Assembly: GCA_001781555.1 (NCBI GenBank)
Contig: MFLP01000034.1
Span: forward strand, 1,788-49,613
Reading direction: 5' to 3'
From: Candidatus Kaiserbacteria bacterium RIFCSPHIGHO2_12_FULL_53_13
Lineage (GTDB): Bacteria; Patescibacteriota; Minisyncoccia; Phycocordibacterales; UBA2100
Length of the DNA: 47,826 bases
The notes beneath the pieces were generated by a model. The model was not told the origin of the DNA. It was given only the letters and a program-made list of their open reading frames with translations, and searched no databases. The first letter of the stretch is position 1. Each line of letters opens with the position of its first letter. Made by a program: the position numbers and the translations under genes. This document shows positions 14,840 to 23,384 of this stretch, in pieces.

Positions 14840-15919
14840 ATGTTACGTGCACCGTTCTACGATCCGGCAAAAAGCTACGAAGAGAATTACGACACGGGAC
14901 CGTTTAGCGCTTTCGCCGACGGTGAAGTATATGCACAGCGAGGCGAGCCAACCGTCGATTTTTACGGGCACAAAGTATACGCGCCGCTCGGCATCCCCGC
15001 AGGGCCGCTTTTGAATAGCGCGTTCTGTAAAGGCGCGTTCGAGAATGGTTTCGACATTTGCGTGTACAAGACCGTCCGCAGCAGCGTCTTCCCGTGCCAT
15101 CCGTTCCCGAATGTTCTCGCGATCCATCCCGTCGGCAATCTTACGTTCGAGAAATTGGAAAAGCCCATCATTGCCGACACGTCGTATGTCGAGCCGCTCT
15201 CGATAACCAATTCGTTCGGCGTGCCGTCGAAGGACCCGGCTGTTTGGCAGGAAGATGCGCGCAAAGCGGTCGCGGCTGCCGGGAAAGGGCAGGTGCTTGT
15301 CCTCAGCTTCATGGGCACGGTGCGCGAGAATCAGACGGCCGATGAATTCGTGGCTGATTTCGCGAAGGCCGCCGAATTGTCCCTGCAAACGGGTTCCCCG
15401 ATATTGGAGGCGAACCTCTCATGCCCCAACATCGGCAACGAGGGATTGGTCTGCTACAACCTCGACGTGACGGAGAAGGTCGCGAAAGGGATCCGCGGCG
15501 CGATCGGGAACACGCCGCTCGTCCTCAAGGTCGGCTACTACAAGAACGATGCCGATATCGAACGGCTCGCGGAGATCGCGAACGAGTATGCGGACGGCAT
15601 TTCGGGCATCAATACGCTACAGGGCGAGATCAGGGACGCACAGGGCAATCAGGCCCTGCCCGGTTCTCCTGCGCGCCTGCGCTCCGGCGTGTGCGGCACG
15701 GGCATTCGATGGGCGGGCCTCGATTTCGTACGCCGCCTCAATGCAATTCGGAAGAAACGCGGCTTCACGTTCGCGATCGAAGGGGTGGGCGGCGTGCTCA
15801 CGCCCGCAGATTACCGCGCGTATCGCGACGCCGGCGCCGATTCGGTGATGTCCGCCACTGGCGCAATGTGGAATCCTTACCTAGCCAAAGAGATCAAGGA
15901 AGCATACCCGGACGCATGA
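14840..15919 (+). CDS. Dihydroorotate dehydrogenase-family FMN oxidoreductase (class 1-like TIM barrel)
   Basis: It carries the NLSCPN active-site-type motif, GISGINT and GVGGV. TGGTATACT (14825-14833) lies 6 nt before the ATG. The substrate is not assignable from sequence alone. Confidence 0.75.
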   Translation: MLRAPFYDPAKSYEENYDTGPFSAFADGEVYAQRGEPTVDFYGHKVYAPLGIPAGPLLNSAFCKGAFENGFDICVYKTVRSSVFPCHPFPNVLAIHPVGNLTFEKLEKPIIADTSYVEPLSITNSFGVPSKDPAVWQEDARKAVAAAGKGQVLVLSFMGTVRENQTADEFVADFAKAAELSLQTGSPILEANLSCPNIGNEGLVCYNLDVTEKVAKGIRGAIGNTPLVLKVGYYKNDADIERLAEIANEYADGISGINTLQGEIRDAQGNQALPGSPARLRSGVCGTGIRWAGLDFVRRLNAIRKKRGFTFAIEGVGGVLTPADYRAYRDAGADSVMSATGAMWNPYLAKEIKEAYPDA

Positions 15920-15941
15920 TAAGCGCCCGTGTTTTCGGCGC

Positions 15942-16898
15942 ATGACGGAGAAATTCGATAAAAAATATCGGCGATTTGCGGAAGCGGCCAAAGGTACGAA
16001 CTCCGTGACGTCGAAAAGTGACAGGAAATTGATAAGGGAAAATCCTGACTTCTTGTTATTTGGCAGGAGCGACAGATTGAAAAAAGAGGTACCTCGTGGC
16101 GCGTTCGCGTCTTTTTTCAGAGTCTTGCAGGGAGATCATAATATTGATCCTCGCACTGTATTGAAAATCGGCAATTTCTTATATGGCCATCGTCCAGATA
16201 AGAGAAACGAAGAAAATGAAAAGAATCCGCCTCTCTCGCCGGAAGATCGGCCTCTCATGGATCTTGCTTGCACGCTCGTCGAAGACGCGTTTTATAGCGG
16301 TGACTTACTGGACTTGCCGAAAGAACATGGCGCCGCACTCGCGTTCACGGTGAACGTCATCGCGAAGATCCTTGAGCAGCGGTCAAGTGGTGCGGAGCTT
16401 GCGGGTTTCGACCGGCAAAAATTCAGACACTTCTTGAATGCTGTGATCGAGTTTGAGAAACGATATTATGATCGCGTGATCCAAAGAGAAGAGGATCGAA
16501 ACGAAGAAGGTCGCCTGCATCGCCTTTTCCTTGCCGGAGCACAACGCGCAGGGACTTTCTCCACAGAAAAGTACACTTTAGCATATTGGATAAAGAATGT
16601 TCTCATGGTTGATAATCGTCTCGGCTCAATTCCTGAGAGAGAAAGACGCGCAGAGGAAGAAGACAATTTACGCGCCAAGTATTTTAAGGAGCCGGGTGTC
16701 CTAAGCGGCGAGTGGCCGGAAGACCGTACACTCATGTACTCGATGCTTACTCATCGGATAACGGATTCCATGCCACAGGGTGAATCCAATTATGCCGGTT
16801 TCCATTTCCTTGAGGAAGACATTCCCCTTGCCGTGTGGACGCTTCGGTATCTGCGCTCAAAAAAGAGACAGAAACGCCCCGAGATTCACTCAATGTAA
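15942..16898 (+). CDS. Hypothetical protein
   Basis: 318-aa ORF in a gap not covered by other genes. I recognise no motif. Confidence 0.55.
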   Translation: MTEKFDKKYRRFAEAAKGTNSVTSKSDRKLIRENPDFLLFGRSDRLKKEVPRGAFASFFRVLQGDHNIDPRTVLKIGNFLYGHRPDKRNEENEKNPPLSPEDRPLMDLACTLVEDAFYSGDLLDLPKEHGAALAFTVNVIAKILEQRSSGAELAGFDRQKFRHFLNAVIEFEKRYYDRVIQREEDRNEEGRLHRLFLAGAQRAGTFSTEKYTLAYWIKNVLMVDNRLGSIPERERRAEEEDNLRAKYFKEPGVLSGEWPEDRTLMYSMLTHRITDSMPQGESNYAGFHFLEEDIPLAVWTLRYLRSKKRQKRPEIHSM

Positions 16899-16938
16899 GC
16901 CATTTTTCGGCGGACGTTCGGCGTGGTACAGTGGCTTA

Positions 16939-18762
16939 ATGTGCGGTATTTTCGCATACACGGGTAAAAAAGACGCTGCGAAGGTCCTCTTGAACGGCCT
17001 TGTTTCGCTCGAATACCGGGGCTATGACTCCGCCGGAATATATTTGCCCGAATCGGGGAGTATTAAATCCGCCGGCGCGGTGGACAGGTTAAAGAAGAAA
17101 ATCCCAAAGACAGGATTCACCGGGAAAAGCGGCGTCGCGCATTTGCGCTGGGCGACGCACGGCGAACCGACGGAATTGAACGCGCACCCACACGCCGACT
17201 GCGACGGCGATATCTGGGTCGTGCACAATGGCATCATCGAGAATTTCAGGGAGCTCAAGGAGAAACTGATAAAAGCGGGACACACGTTCAAATCCGACAC
17301 CGACACGGAAGTTCTTGCGCACCTCATTGAAGAGCACATGAAGAACGAGAAGACATTTGAGGAAGCGACACTCGCGGCCCTCAATGAAATACGCGGCACC
17401 TACGGTGCCGCAATACAGTACCGGCAAGACCCCGAGCGCATCATCGCGGCGCGCATGGGCTCGCCGGTCGTCCTCGGCGTCGGCAAAGGCGAGCGCTTCA
17501 TCGCGTCCGATCCGTCGCCCATCGTCCCGCACACGAAGCAGGTTGTGTTCCTCGAAGATGGCGAAGTCGCCGTCATCACGCCCGACAGCCACACCATTTA
17601 CAAGCTCGACTCGACGCAGGTGAAGCGCCCCACGCTCGAAATAGATTGGAGCGCCGAGGAGGCGCAGAAGGGCGGCTACGAGCACTTCATGCTCAAAGAA
17701 ATCATGGAAGGCCCGGAGGTCATCCGCAACACGCTTCGCGGCCGGCTCATCCCGGAAAAAGGCCTCGCGAAATTGGGCGGGCTTGAGAGCGTGGCCGATG
17801 AGCTCAAGAAAATCGATCGCATTATCATCGTCGCGTGCGGGACGGCCTCATACGCAGCGCTCGTGGGCGAGCACATGCTCGAAGAATATGCAGAAATCCC
17901 CGTCGAAGTCGAACTCGGCTCGGAATTCCGATATCGGAAGCCCGTCGTCAACGAGCGCACTGCGGTTCTTGGCATTTCGCAATCGGGAGAGACACTCGAC
18001 ACGCTGGAGGCCATCCGCGAGGGAAAGCGGCGCGGAGCGCTCACGCTCGGCATCGTGAATACCGTCGGCTCCACCATCGCGCGCGAGACCGACGCCGGCG
18101 TGTACAACCACGCGGGCCCGGAGGTAAGCGTCGCCTCGACAAAAGCATTCCTCTCACAGCTCACGGCGTTGGCGCTTCTCACGATTTTCCTCGGACGCAC
18201 GCGGAAGATGTCTGCCAAAGCGGGAAAAGAAATCGCGCGCGAGCTTCTGGCGCTTCCGGAAAAAATCGAGCGGATTCTTGAGAATCGTGCGGCGATCGAG
18301 CGGCTCGCGAAAAAATACGTGAAAGCCCAGGACTTCCTGTTCATCGGACGCAAATACAACTATCCGATAGCGTTCGAGGGGGCGATTAAGCTCAAGGAAG
18401 TCTCATACATTCATGCCGAAGGGTGCGGGGCAGGCGAGATGAAGCATGGGCCTATCGCGATGATAGATGAGAATTTTCCCACGATGGCCATCGCAACAAA
18501 GGACAGCGTGTACGAAAAAATGCTCTCCAATATTCAGGAGATAAAAGCGCGGAAAGGGAAGGTCATCGCAGTCGCGACGGAAGGCGACACGGAGATAGGG
18601 AAGATCGCCGACGATATTCTCTACGTCCCGAAGACCATCGAGGTGCTGAGCCCCATCTTGAACGTCATTCCGCTTCAGCTCTTCGCCTACTACTTCGCAA
18701 AAGAAAAAGGCCTCAACGTCGACCGCCCCAGAAACCTCGCAAAATCCGTCACTGTCGAGTAA
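16939..18762 (+). CDS. glmS: Glutamine--fructose-6-phosphate aminotransferase
   Basis: It has the MCGIFAY N-terminal nucleophile, two SIS domains and a C-terminal ...RNLAKSVTVE. Start 16939 is chosen rather than the ORF-track 16780. TGGTACAGT (16924-16932) lies 6 nt upstream. Confidence 0.95.
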   Translation: MCGIFAYTGKKDAAKVLLNGLVSLEYRGYDSAGIYLPESGSIKSAGAVDRLKKKIPKTGFTGKSGVAHLRWATHGEPTELNAHPHADCDGDIWVVHNGIIENFRELKEKLIKAGHTFKSDTDTEVLAHLIEEHMKNEKTFEEATLAALNEIRGTYGAAIQYRQDPERIIAARMGSPVVLGVGKGERFIASDPSPIVPHTKQVVFLEDGEVAVITPDSHTIYKLDSTQVKRPTLEIDWSAEEAQKGGYEHFMLKEIMEGPEVIRNTLRGRLIPEKGLAKLGGLESVADELKKIDRIIIVACGTASYAALVGEHMLEEYAEIPVEVELGSEFRYRKPVVNERTAVLGISQSGETLDTLEAIREGKRRGALTLGIVNTVGSTIARETDAGVYNHAGPEVSVASTKAFLSQLTALALLTIFLGRTRKMSAKAGKEIARELLALPEKIERILENRAAIERLAKKYVKAQDFLFIGRKYNYPIAFEGAIKLKEVSYIHAEGCGAGEMKHGPIAMIDENFPTMAIATKDSVYEKMLSNIQEIKARKGKVIAVATEGDTEIGKIADDILYVPKTIEVLSPILNVIPLQLFAYYFAKEKGLNVDRPRNLAKSVTVE

Positions 18763-18820
18763 TCCTTTGCGCGCCGCCCGCCAGTTTCCCCAAAATGCTG
18801 AATTGCGGAATGTCGTTATG

Positions 18821-18842
18821 CTAGTGTTTTGCAAAAGACTAG
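18821..18842. promoter_or_regulatory. Near-palindromic 22-mer, candidate ArsR operator (copy 1)
   Basis: CTAGTGTTTTGCAAAAGACTAG is self-complementary at 20/22 positions. It lies 8 nt upstream of the TAGAAT -10 (18850-18855) of the ArsR gene. Confidence 0.55.
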
Positions 18843-18861
18843 CATAAGGTAGAATTGCAAC

Positions 18862-19143
18862 ATGACGAATGTTAGTAGTGAATACAGAAGGCTAGAGCGG
18901 ATTGTAAAAGGATTTGCGAATCATCGGCGGCTTCAGATCTTGGATCTTTTGAAGCGGGAGCCGGAATTGTCGGTAGAAGACATTTCCGAACGGCTGGGGA
19001 TTGGATACGAGAATGCATCTGACCATGTACGCAAACTCGCGATAGCCGGGCTTGTCCTCAAGCGCAACGAGGGAAGCTCGGTGCGGCACAAGCTTACGCC
19101 CCGCGCGGAGTCTATACTAGTGTTTTGCAAAAGACTGCAATAA
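18862..19143 (+). CDS. ArsR/SmtB-family winged-helix transcriptional regulator
   Basis: 93 aa. FANHRRLQILDLLKREPELSVEDISERLGIGYENASDHVRKLAIAGLV is typical of ArsR. TAGAAT lies 6 nt before the ATG. Confidence 0.85.
   Translation: MTNVSSEYRRLERIVKGFANHRRLQILDLLKREPELSVEDISERLGIGYENASDHVRKLAIAGLVLKRNEGSSVRHKLTPRAESILVFCKRLQ
19117..19136. repeat. Second copy of the ArsR-associated palindromic 20-mer
   Basis: CTAGTGTTTTGCAAAAGACT lies inside the last codons of the ArsR gene and is identical to 18821-18840. Confidence 0.6.
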
Positions 19144-19270
19144 GAAAAGAGTGGGAAGAAGGGGAAATTGAAGTGGGAAGGGGGAGATGAAGTGGGGTGA
19201 AGAAAAGAGTGTAGAGAATGGGAAGGGGGCGAGGCGGGGAAAACGACATGAGGAAGTAGGGGCGGAGCAA
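19141..19270 (+). repeat. Polypurine, G-run-rich tract
   Basis: There is no C between 19141 and 19229. GAAGTGGG(G)AAG-type units recur, with GGG to GGGGG runs throughout. It lies between the ArsR and MazG-like genes. Confidence 0.8.
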
Positions 19271-19308
19271 GTTTCCCAAAAATAAGGAATTGTGGGATAT
19301 TTGGGCTA

Positions 19309-19656
19309 ATGGCAACGTGGAGTGATATTCAGAAGAAGGCGATTGAATTTCGCGATGTGCGGGATTGGAAGCAGTTCAATAATCCGAAAGACTTGGCCTT
19401 GTCGCTTGTTCTCGAAGCGGCGGAGGTCTTGGAACATTTTCAGTGGAGAAACGGAAAGGAGATGGAAGAATATGTCCGCACGCACAAAGGAGAAATTGCG
19501 GAGGAACTCGCGGATGTTTTGTATTGGCTCGCAACAATGAGCCATGATTTGAAAATCGATTTGTTTAGGGCATTTGAAGCGAAAATGAAAAAGAACGAAA
19601 AGAAATACCCGATCAAGAAGTCCAAGGGCAAGCACACCAAGTACGATAGGTTATAG
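19309..19656 (+). CDS. MazG-like nucleotide pyrophosphohydrolase
   Basis: 115 aa. RDWKQFNNPKDLALSLVLEAAEVLEHFQW and EIAEELADVLYWL match the all-alpha NTP-PPase (MazG/YpjD-like) EExxE/D pattern. Confidence 0.75.
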   Translation: MATWSDIQKKAIEFRDVRDWKQFNNPKDLALSLVLEAAEVLEHFQWRNGKEMEEYVRTHKGEIAEELADVLYWLATMSHDLKIDLFRAFEAKMKKNEKKYPIKKSKGKHTKYDRL

Positions 19657-19717
19657 GCAGAAAAGGAGCATCTGAGCGGATTTCCCCAAAGTTCGTATTT
19701 GTGGGATGATCCTATTG

Positions 19718-20551
19718 ATGGCTATTCCAACATACGATAATTTGTTTAACCCAGTCATTGAAGCCTTAAAGAAACTTGGAGGTTCAGGATCAGTTTCTGA
19801 GATTGAAGAGAAAGTCGCCGTATTACTCAAATTGACCGATGAAGAAGTAAACGAAATACACCGAGGTAACAGGTCGAAGTTGAGCTATCGACTTGCTTGG
19901 TCGAGAAATTATCTGAAACGTTACGGAATCTTGGAAAATTCCTCGCGTGGAGTTTGGGCTCTAACGCCATTGGGAACGAAGACAGGAAAAGTCGATAAAG
20001 ACGAGGTCAACAAGGCCGTCAAACTGCTTGACCAAGCGCTCGTCAAGGGGAAGAAAGATGGTAAAAAAGTTATAGACGATGAAGAGCCAGGTTTATGGCA
20101 AGAAGAAATGTTGGAGCAACTTCTGAAACTTTCTCCAGCCGCGTTCGAGCGACTATGTCAACGTATACTACGCGAGTCAGGCTTTGTTCAAGTAGAAGTC
20201 ACTGGCCGATCCGGTGATGGAGGTATTGATGGTCGGGGCATTATAAAGATAGCAGGTCTTCTTAGCTTCTACATTATTTTTCAGTGCAAACGGTATACGG
20301 GCAGTGTATCTGCTCAGCAGATCAGAGATTTCAGAGGTGCGATGGTCGGGCGAGCTGATAAAGGACTTGTTATAACTACTGGGACTTTTACGAGAGACGC
20401 AAGGCAAGAAGCTACAAGGGATGGTGCGCCGCACATCGATCTTATCGAGGGGGAGGAGTTAGTTGAGAAGATGAAGGAATTGCAACTTGGTTTGAAAATT
20501 AAGATGGAGGAATCGGTTGAGGTTGATAAGGATTGGTTTAAAGCTTTCTAA
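19718..20551 (+). CDS. mrr: Mrr-family type IV (modification-dependent) restriction endonuclease
   Basis: The Mrr_N-type start is MAIPTYDNLFNPVIEALKKLGG. The catalytic region reads GDGGIDGRG...IIFQCKRY...GLVITTGTFT. ATG 19718 is preferred over the ORF-track 19706. Confidence 0.85.
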   Translation: MAIPTYDNLFNPVIEALKKLGGSGSVSEIEEKVAVLLKLTDEEVNEIHRGNRSKLSYRLAWSRNYLKRYGILENSSRGVWALTPLGTKTGKVDKDEVNKAVKLLDQALVKGKKDGKKVIDDEEPGLWQEEMLEQLLKLSPAAFERLCQRILRESGFVQVEVTGRSGDGGIDGRGIIKIAGLLSFYIIFQCKRYTGSVSAQQIRDFRGAMVGRADKGLVITTGTFTRDARQEATRDGAPHIDLIEGEELVEKMKELQLGLKIKMEESVEVDKDWFKAF

Positions 20552-20567
20552 ACCAACCCAACTAATT

Positions 20568-21518
20568 ATGAAGAAGAGAGAAAAGAAGAAGAAACAGAAT
20601 TCATGGATAGCAAAAGCCGCAGACTCTATTAAAAGGGCTGGACTTGCGTACAAAACTGTTACCACCAAGAGTTCACAGCATCTTTTGATAAATGCCGACT
20701 GTGAGGACGGGATGCGTGCGCTGCCGGAAGGCAGTGTGGATCTTATTATCACAGATCCACCCTACAACCAGAATCTCGATTATGGTCCGAAATTCAACGA
20801 CAAAAAATCCCGCGGTGAGTTTTATTCCTGGTTTAGAAGACGACTTTCATATATTCCCAGTCTATTAAGTTCACGCGGAAGTTTTTATCTTATTAGCTAT
20901 CCAGAAATTAATGCCAGAATCTTACCGTTTCTTGAGGACGAGCTGGGCCTAAACTATCGTGCATGGATCACATGGCATTATCCAACAAATATCGGTCATT
21001 CGAAAAAGAACTTCACACGCAGCCAAAGATCCATCTTATTTTTTACTAAGGAAAAAGATAATTATATTTTTAACCGGGATATTTTACTCCAGCCATATAA
21101 AAATCCAACCGCACCTGTTATAAGAGAACGAATCAAACAAGGGGCTAAAGGTCGGGTTGCATATGACACACTTCGTTTATCTGATTTATATGAACTCAAT
21201 AAATTGTCATACGATGTACAGATATTAGATCTATTAAAAAACAATTCTCCTGAGAGACTAAGAAATCTGGACGGGCACTTTACCCCTTTCAACGATGATA
21301 AGAAGTTGAAGAGAAATGATCATCCCTGTCAGTTGCCCTTGAGCTTGCTCACACTTTTTATACAAGTTAGTAGCAACACAAATTCTCTGATCCTGGATCC
21401 ATTCGCCGGCACTTTTACCACCTCCGCTGCGGCTGAAAAATTAAACCGCTCTTCTGTGGGAATAGAGCTTAACAAGAAATTCATAGATTTCGGTTCAAAG
21501 AGATTATCTCTCATATGA
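20568..21518 (+). CDS. Beta-class N6-adenine/N4-cytosine DNA methyltransferase
   Basis: Motif IV DLIITDPPYN precedes motif I ILDPFAGTFTTS, which is the beta-class permutation. Start 20568 is preferred over the ORF-track 20517, which overlaps mrr. Confidence 0.85.
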   Translation: MKKREKKKKQNSWIAKAADSIKRAGLAYKTVTTKSSQHLLINADCEDGMRALPEGSVDLIITDPPYNQNLDYGPKFNDKKSRGEFYSWFRRRLSYIPSLLSSRGSFYLISYPEINARILPFLEDELGLNYRAWITWHYPTNIGHSKKNFTRSQRSILFFTKEKDNYIFNRDILLQPYKNPTAPVIRERIKQGAKGRVAYDTLRLSDLYELNKLSYDVQILDLLKNNSPERLRNLDGHFTPFNDDKKLKRNDHPCQLPLSLLTLFIQVSSNTNSLILDPFAGTFTTSAAAEKLNRSSVGIELNKKFIDFGSKRLSLI

Positions 21519-23260
21519 AATATGGACTTGCACAAGCAATAAACATCTTCAATCTAGGGGGAATATTTGCTTGTGATATTGAAGAAACAAAACTTCTAAT
21601 CTCGAAAAGATCCGAGACAGTAAGTGCAGGGAAAATAACGAAGCAAGGAGAGGAGATTGAACTTGACGGCTTTGCGATGAAGGGGGATGTGTTATGGCTC
21701 ATAGAATATACGGACTCGAGGAGCTTAGACACAAAAGATTTTGACAACTTTATTCAAAAGATTACTCTCTTGGGAGACGATGAAAACAAGATGCTTATAG
21801 AAGCCATTAATAAAATCTGGTCAAAATATAAAGTAAAAGAAACGAAACCGAACATCACAGTTAAGACGCAATTAATCGGTCTCTACATTGCGCCGATGAA
21901 AGGTGAGGCTGATGAGGCCACACTCCTCCAAAGAATACCGAGAGACAAGAGAGACAAGACAATATTTTTTTGGGGTCGCGATACTTTTGAGTATTTTTAC
22001 TCCATATGTGAGAGCACCAGACGAAATGCACAGTATGAAATTTACGGTTATTTCAATCTGGAACCTAAGGCCGTCTTCGAGAAGAAGGAAGTCGAAGACC
22101 AAGAGGGCTATGTGTCGAAACCCTATGTAGATATTGAGAAAGGTATTTTCGGATGTCGAATGATAATTTTTAAGATTAGCCCCACATCACTTCTCCGGAG
22201 ATGCTATGTGTTGCGCAACGAGGGCTGGAAAAGCGACAGTTTCCAGCGAATGATAATTCAGGAGAAGTTGAAAAAACTGCGCTCGTACATTGTCGCAAGG
22301 GATGATTCTTCATTTGCGAATAGCATCATTCTCAGTTTGGATCCGAATATTTCGTCAAACGTTTTGAAAGAGGATACAAAGTCAATACTGCTTCCGAATC
22401 GTTTTGCAAGCTTATGTATCATTGATGGTCAACACAGACTTCTCGCGTTTACGCAAGATTTTTATGGAGAGAGCGATCCTTCAGAAAAGGAAAATGATGG
22501 GAAAATTAAGAGACTTGCCGAGAATGAAGATTTAATTGCCACGCTGTTGGTTTTTAATGGAAAACCGCAAGAAATATTGCGTAAACAGACTCAACTTTTT
22601 AGAGATATTAATGCGACCCAAACAAAAGTAAAAAGCGACTTCCTCTATAATCTTGAAGAGATTATAGAGCCTAAGAACCCATCGTCAGTTGGAAACAAGA
22701 TTATCAAATCTCTCAACAGGAGAGAGAACGGTGTATTTCATGAGAAGTTTTCTGTTAAATGGTATCAAGGTGGGAGAATAAAAAGATCTAGTGTCATCCA
22801 ATGGGGATTGGTCGACTTGGTCAAAAAAGACGGACTTCTTTATAAGTGTGCTCCGCGCTCTACGATAGAGAAATATTCAAAGGGTGACGTCGAAGATTAT
22901 GTAGTCTTTTGCGCGAATTCGCTGGAAGACTTCTTTTACGCCATCAGACAAACATTTAAGAAGAAGTATCCTAAGAAAAAGAGCGTGTGGGATTTTTCTT
23001 CAAAAAGTAAACTAATGCTGCTATCGACATCAGCAATCGTGGGATTCCTTAGGCTTTACAGGCATTTCTTGCATTCGAAGATTTTAAAATCCAATTACGA
23101 GGAATACCTTTCCGGTATTGAAGTCAAATTCAACAAAGTTTCTTACAAGTATAGTTCCAGCCAATGGGCAAAGTTAGAGGAGGCAATGTTTGATGACATT
23201 CGCGAAAAATACGGATCTTTTGGCGATGAGTCACTAATAAAAAGATCAAAGAAAATCTAA
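21515..23260 (+). CDS. DGQHR-domain (DndB-like, ParB/Srx-fold) protein with an unassigned ~200-aa N-terminal domain
   Basis: 581 aa. The DGQHR-domain pattern is present: SFQRMI..., IIDGQHRLLAF and LFRDINATQTKV. The ATG overlaps the methyltransferase stop (ATGA at 21515-21518). Confidence 0.75.
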   Translation: MKYGLAQAINIFNLGGIFACDIEETKLLISKRSETVSAGKITKQGEEIELDGFAMKGDVLWLIEYTDSRSLDTKDFDNFIQKITLLGDDENKMLIEAINKIWSKYKVKETKPNITVKTQLIGLYIAPMKGEADEATLLQRIPRDKRDKTIFFWGRDTFEYFYSICESTRRNAQYEIYGYFNLEPKAVFEKKEVEDQEGYVSKPYVDIEKGIFGCRMIIFKISPTSLLRRCYVLRNEGWKSDSFQRMIIQEKLKKLRSYIVARDDSSFANSIILSLDPNISSNVLKEDTKSILLPNRFASLCIIDGQHRLLAFTQDFYGESDPSEKENDGKIKRLAENEDLIATLLVFNGKPQEILRKQTQLFRDINATQTKVKSDFLYNLEEIIEPKNPSSVGNKIIKSLNRRENGVFHEKFSVKWYQGGRIKRSSVIQWGLVDLVKKDGLLYKCAPRSTIEKYSKGDVEDYVVFCANSLEDFFYAIRQTFKKKYPKKKSVWDFSSKSKLMLLSTSAIVGFLRLYRHFLHSKILKSNYEEYLSGIEVKFNKVSYKYSSSQWAKLEEAMFDDIREKYGSFGDESLIKRSKKI

Positions 23261-23384
23261 GTATTCCCTGCAGAGGCGTCTTGCATCAAATCGACGCCGG
23301 TGGACATTGGGCGATTCCAACCTCGTTTGTTTGTTCAGCTAGGTTCATTACTTGAGCCGTTCGCTTTCCCAGCTTAAGCGAGCT

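Noticed and set aside
18763-19310. Tn7-like transposon ends 3' of glmS.
   Set aside because: No tnsABCDE-like genes are present and there are no clustered 22-bp TnsB-type repeats. The three TTTCCC..TGYGG modules are 400-500 bp apart and each sits in front of a gene, so they look like promoters.
19112-19315. A 67-aa minus-strand ORF across the polypurine tract.
   Set aside because: Its Pro/Leu/Ser/Phe-rich product is what any pyrimidine-strand translation gives. It overlaps the ArsR 3' end and the MazG-like promoter and has no start signals.
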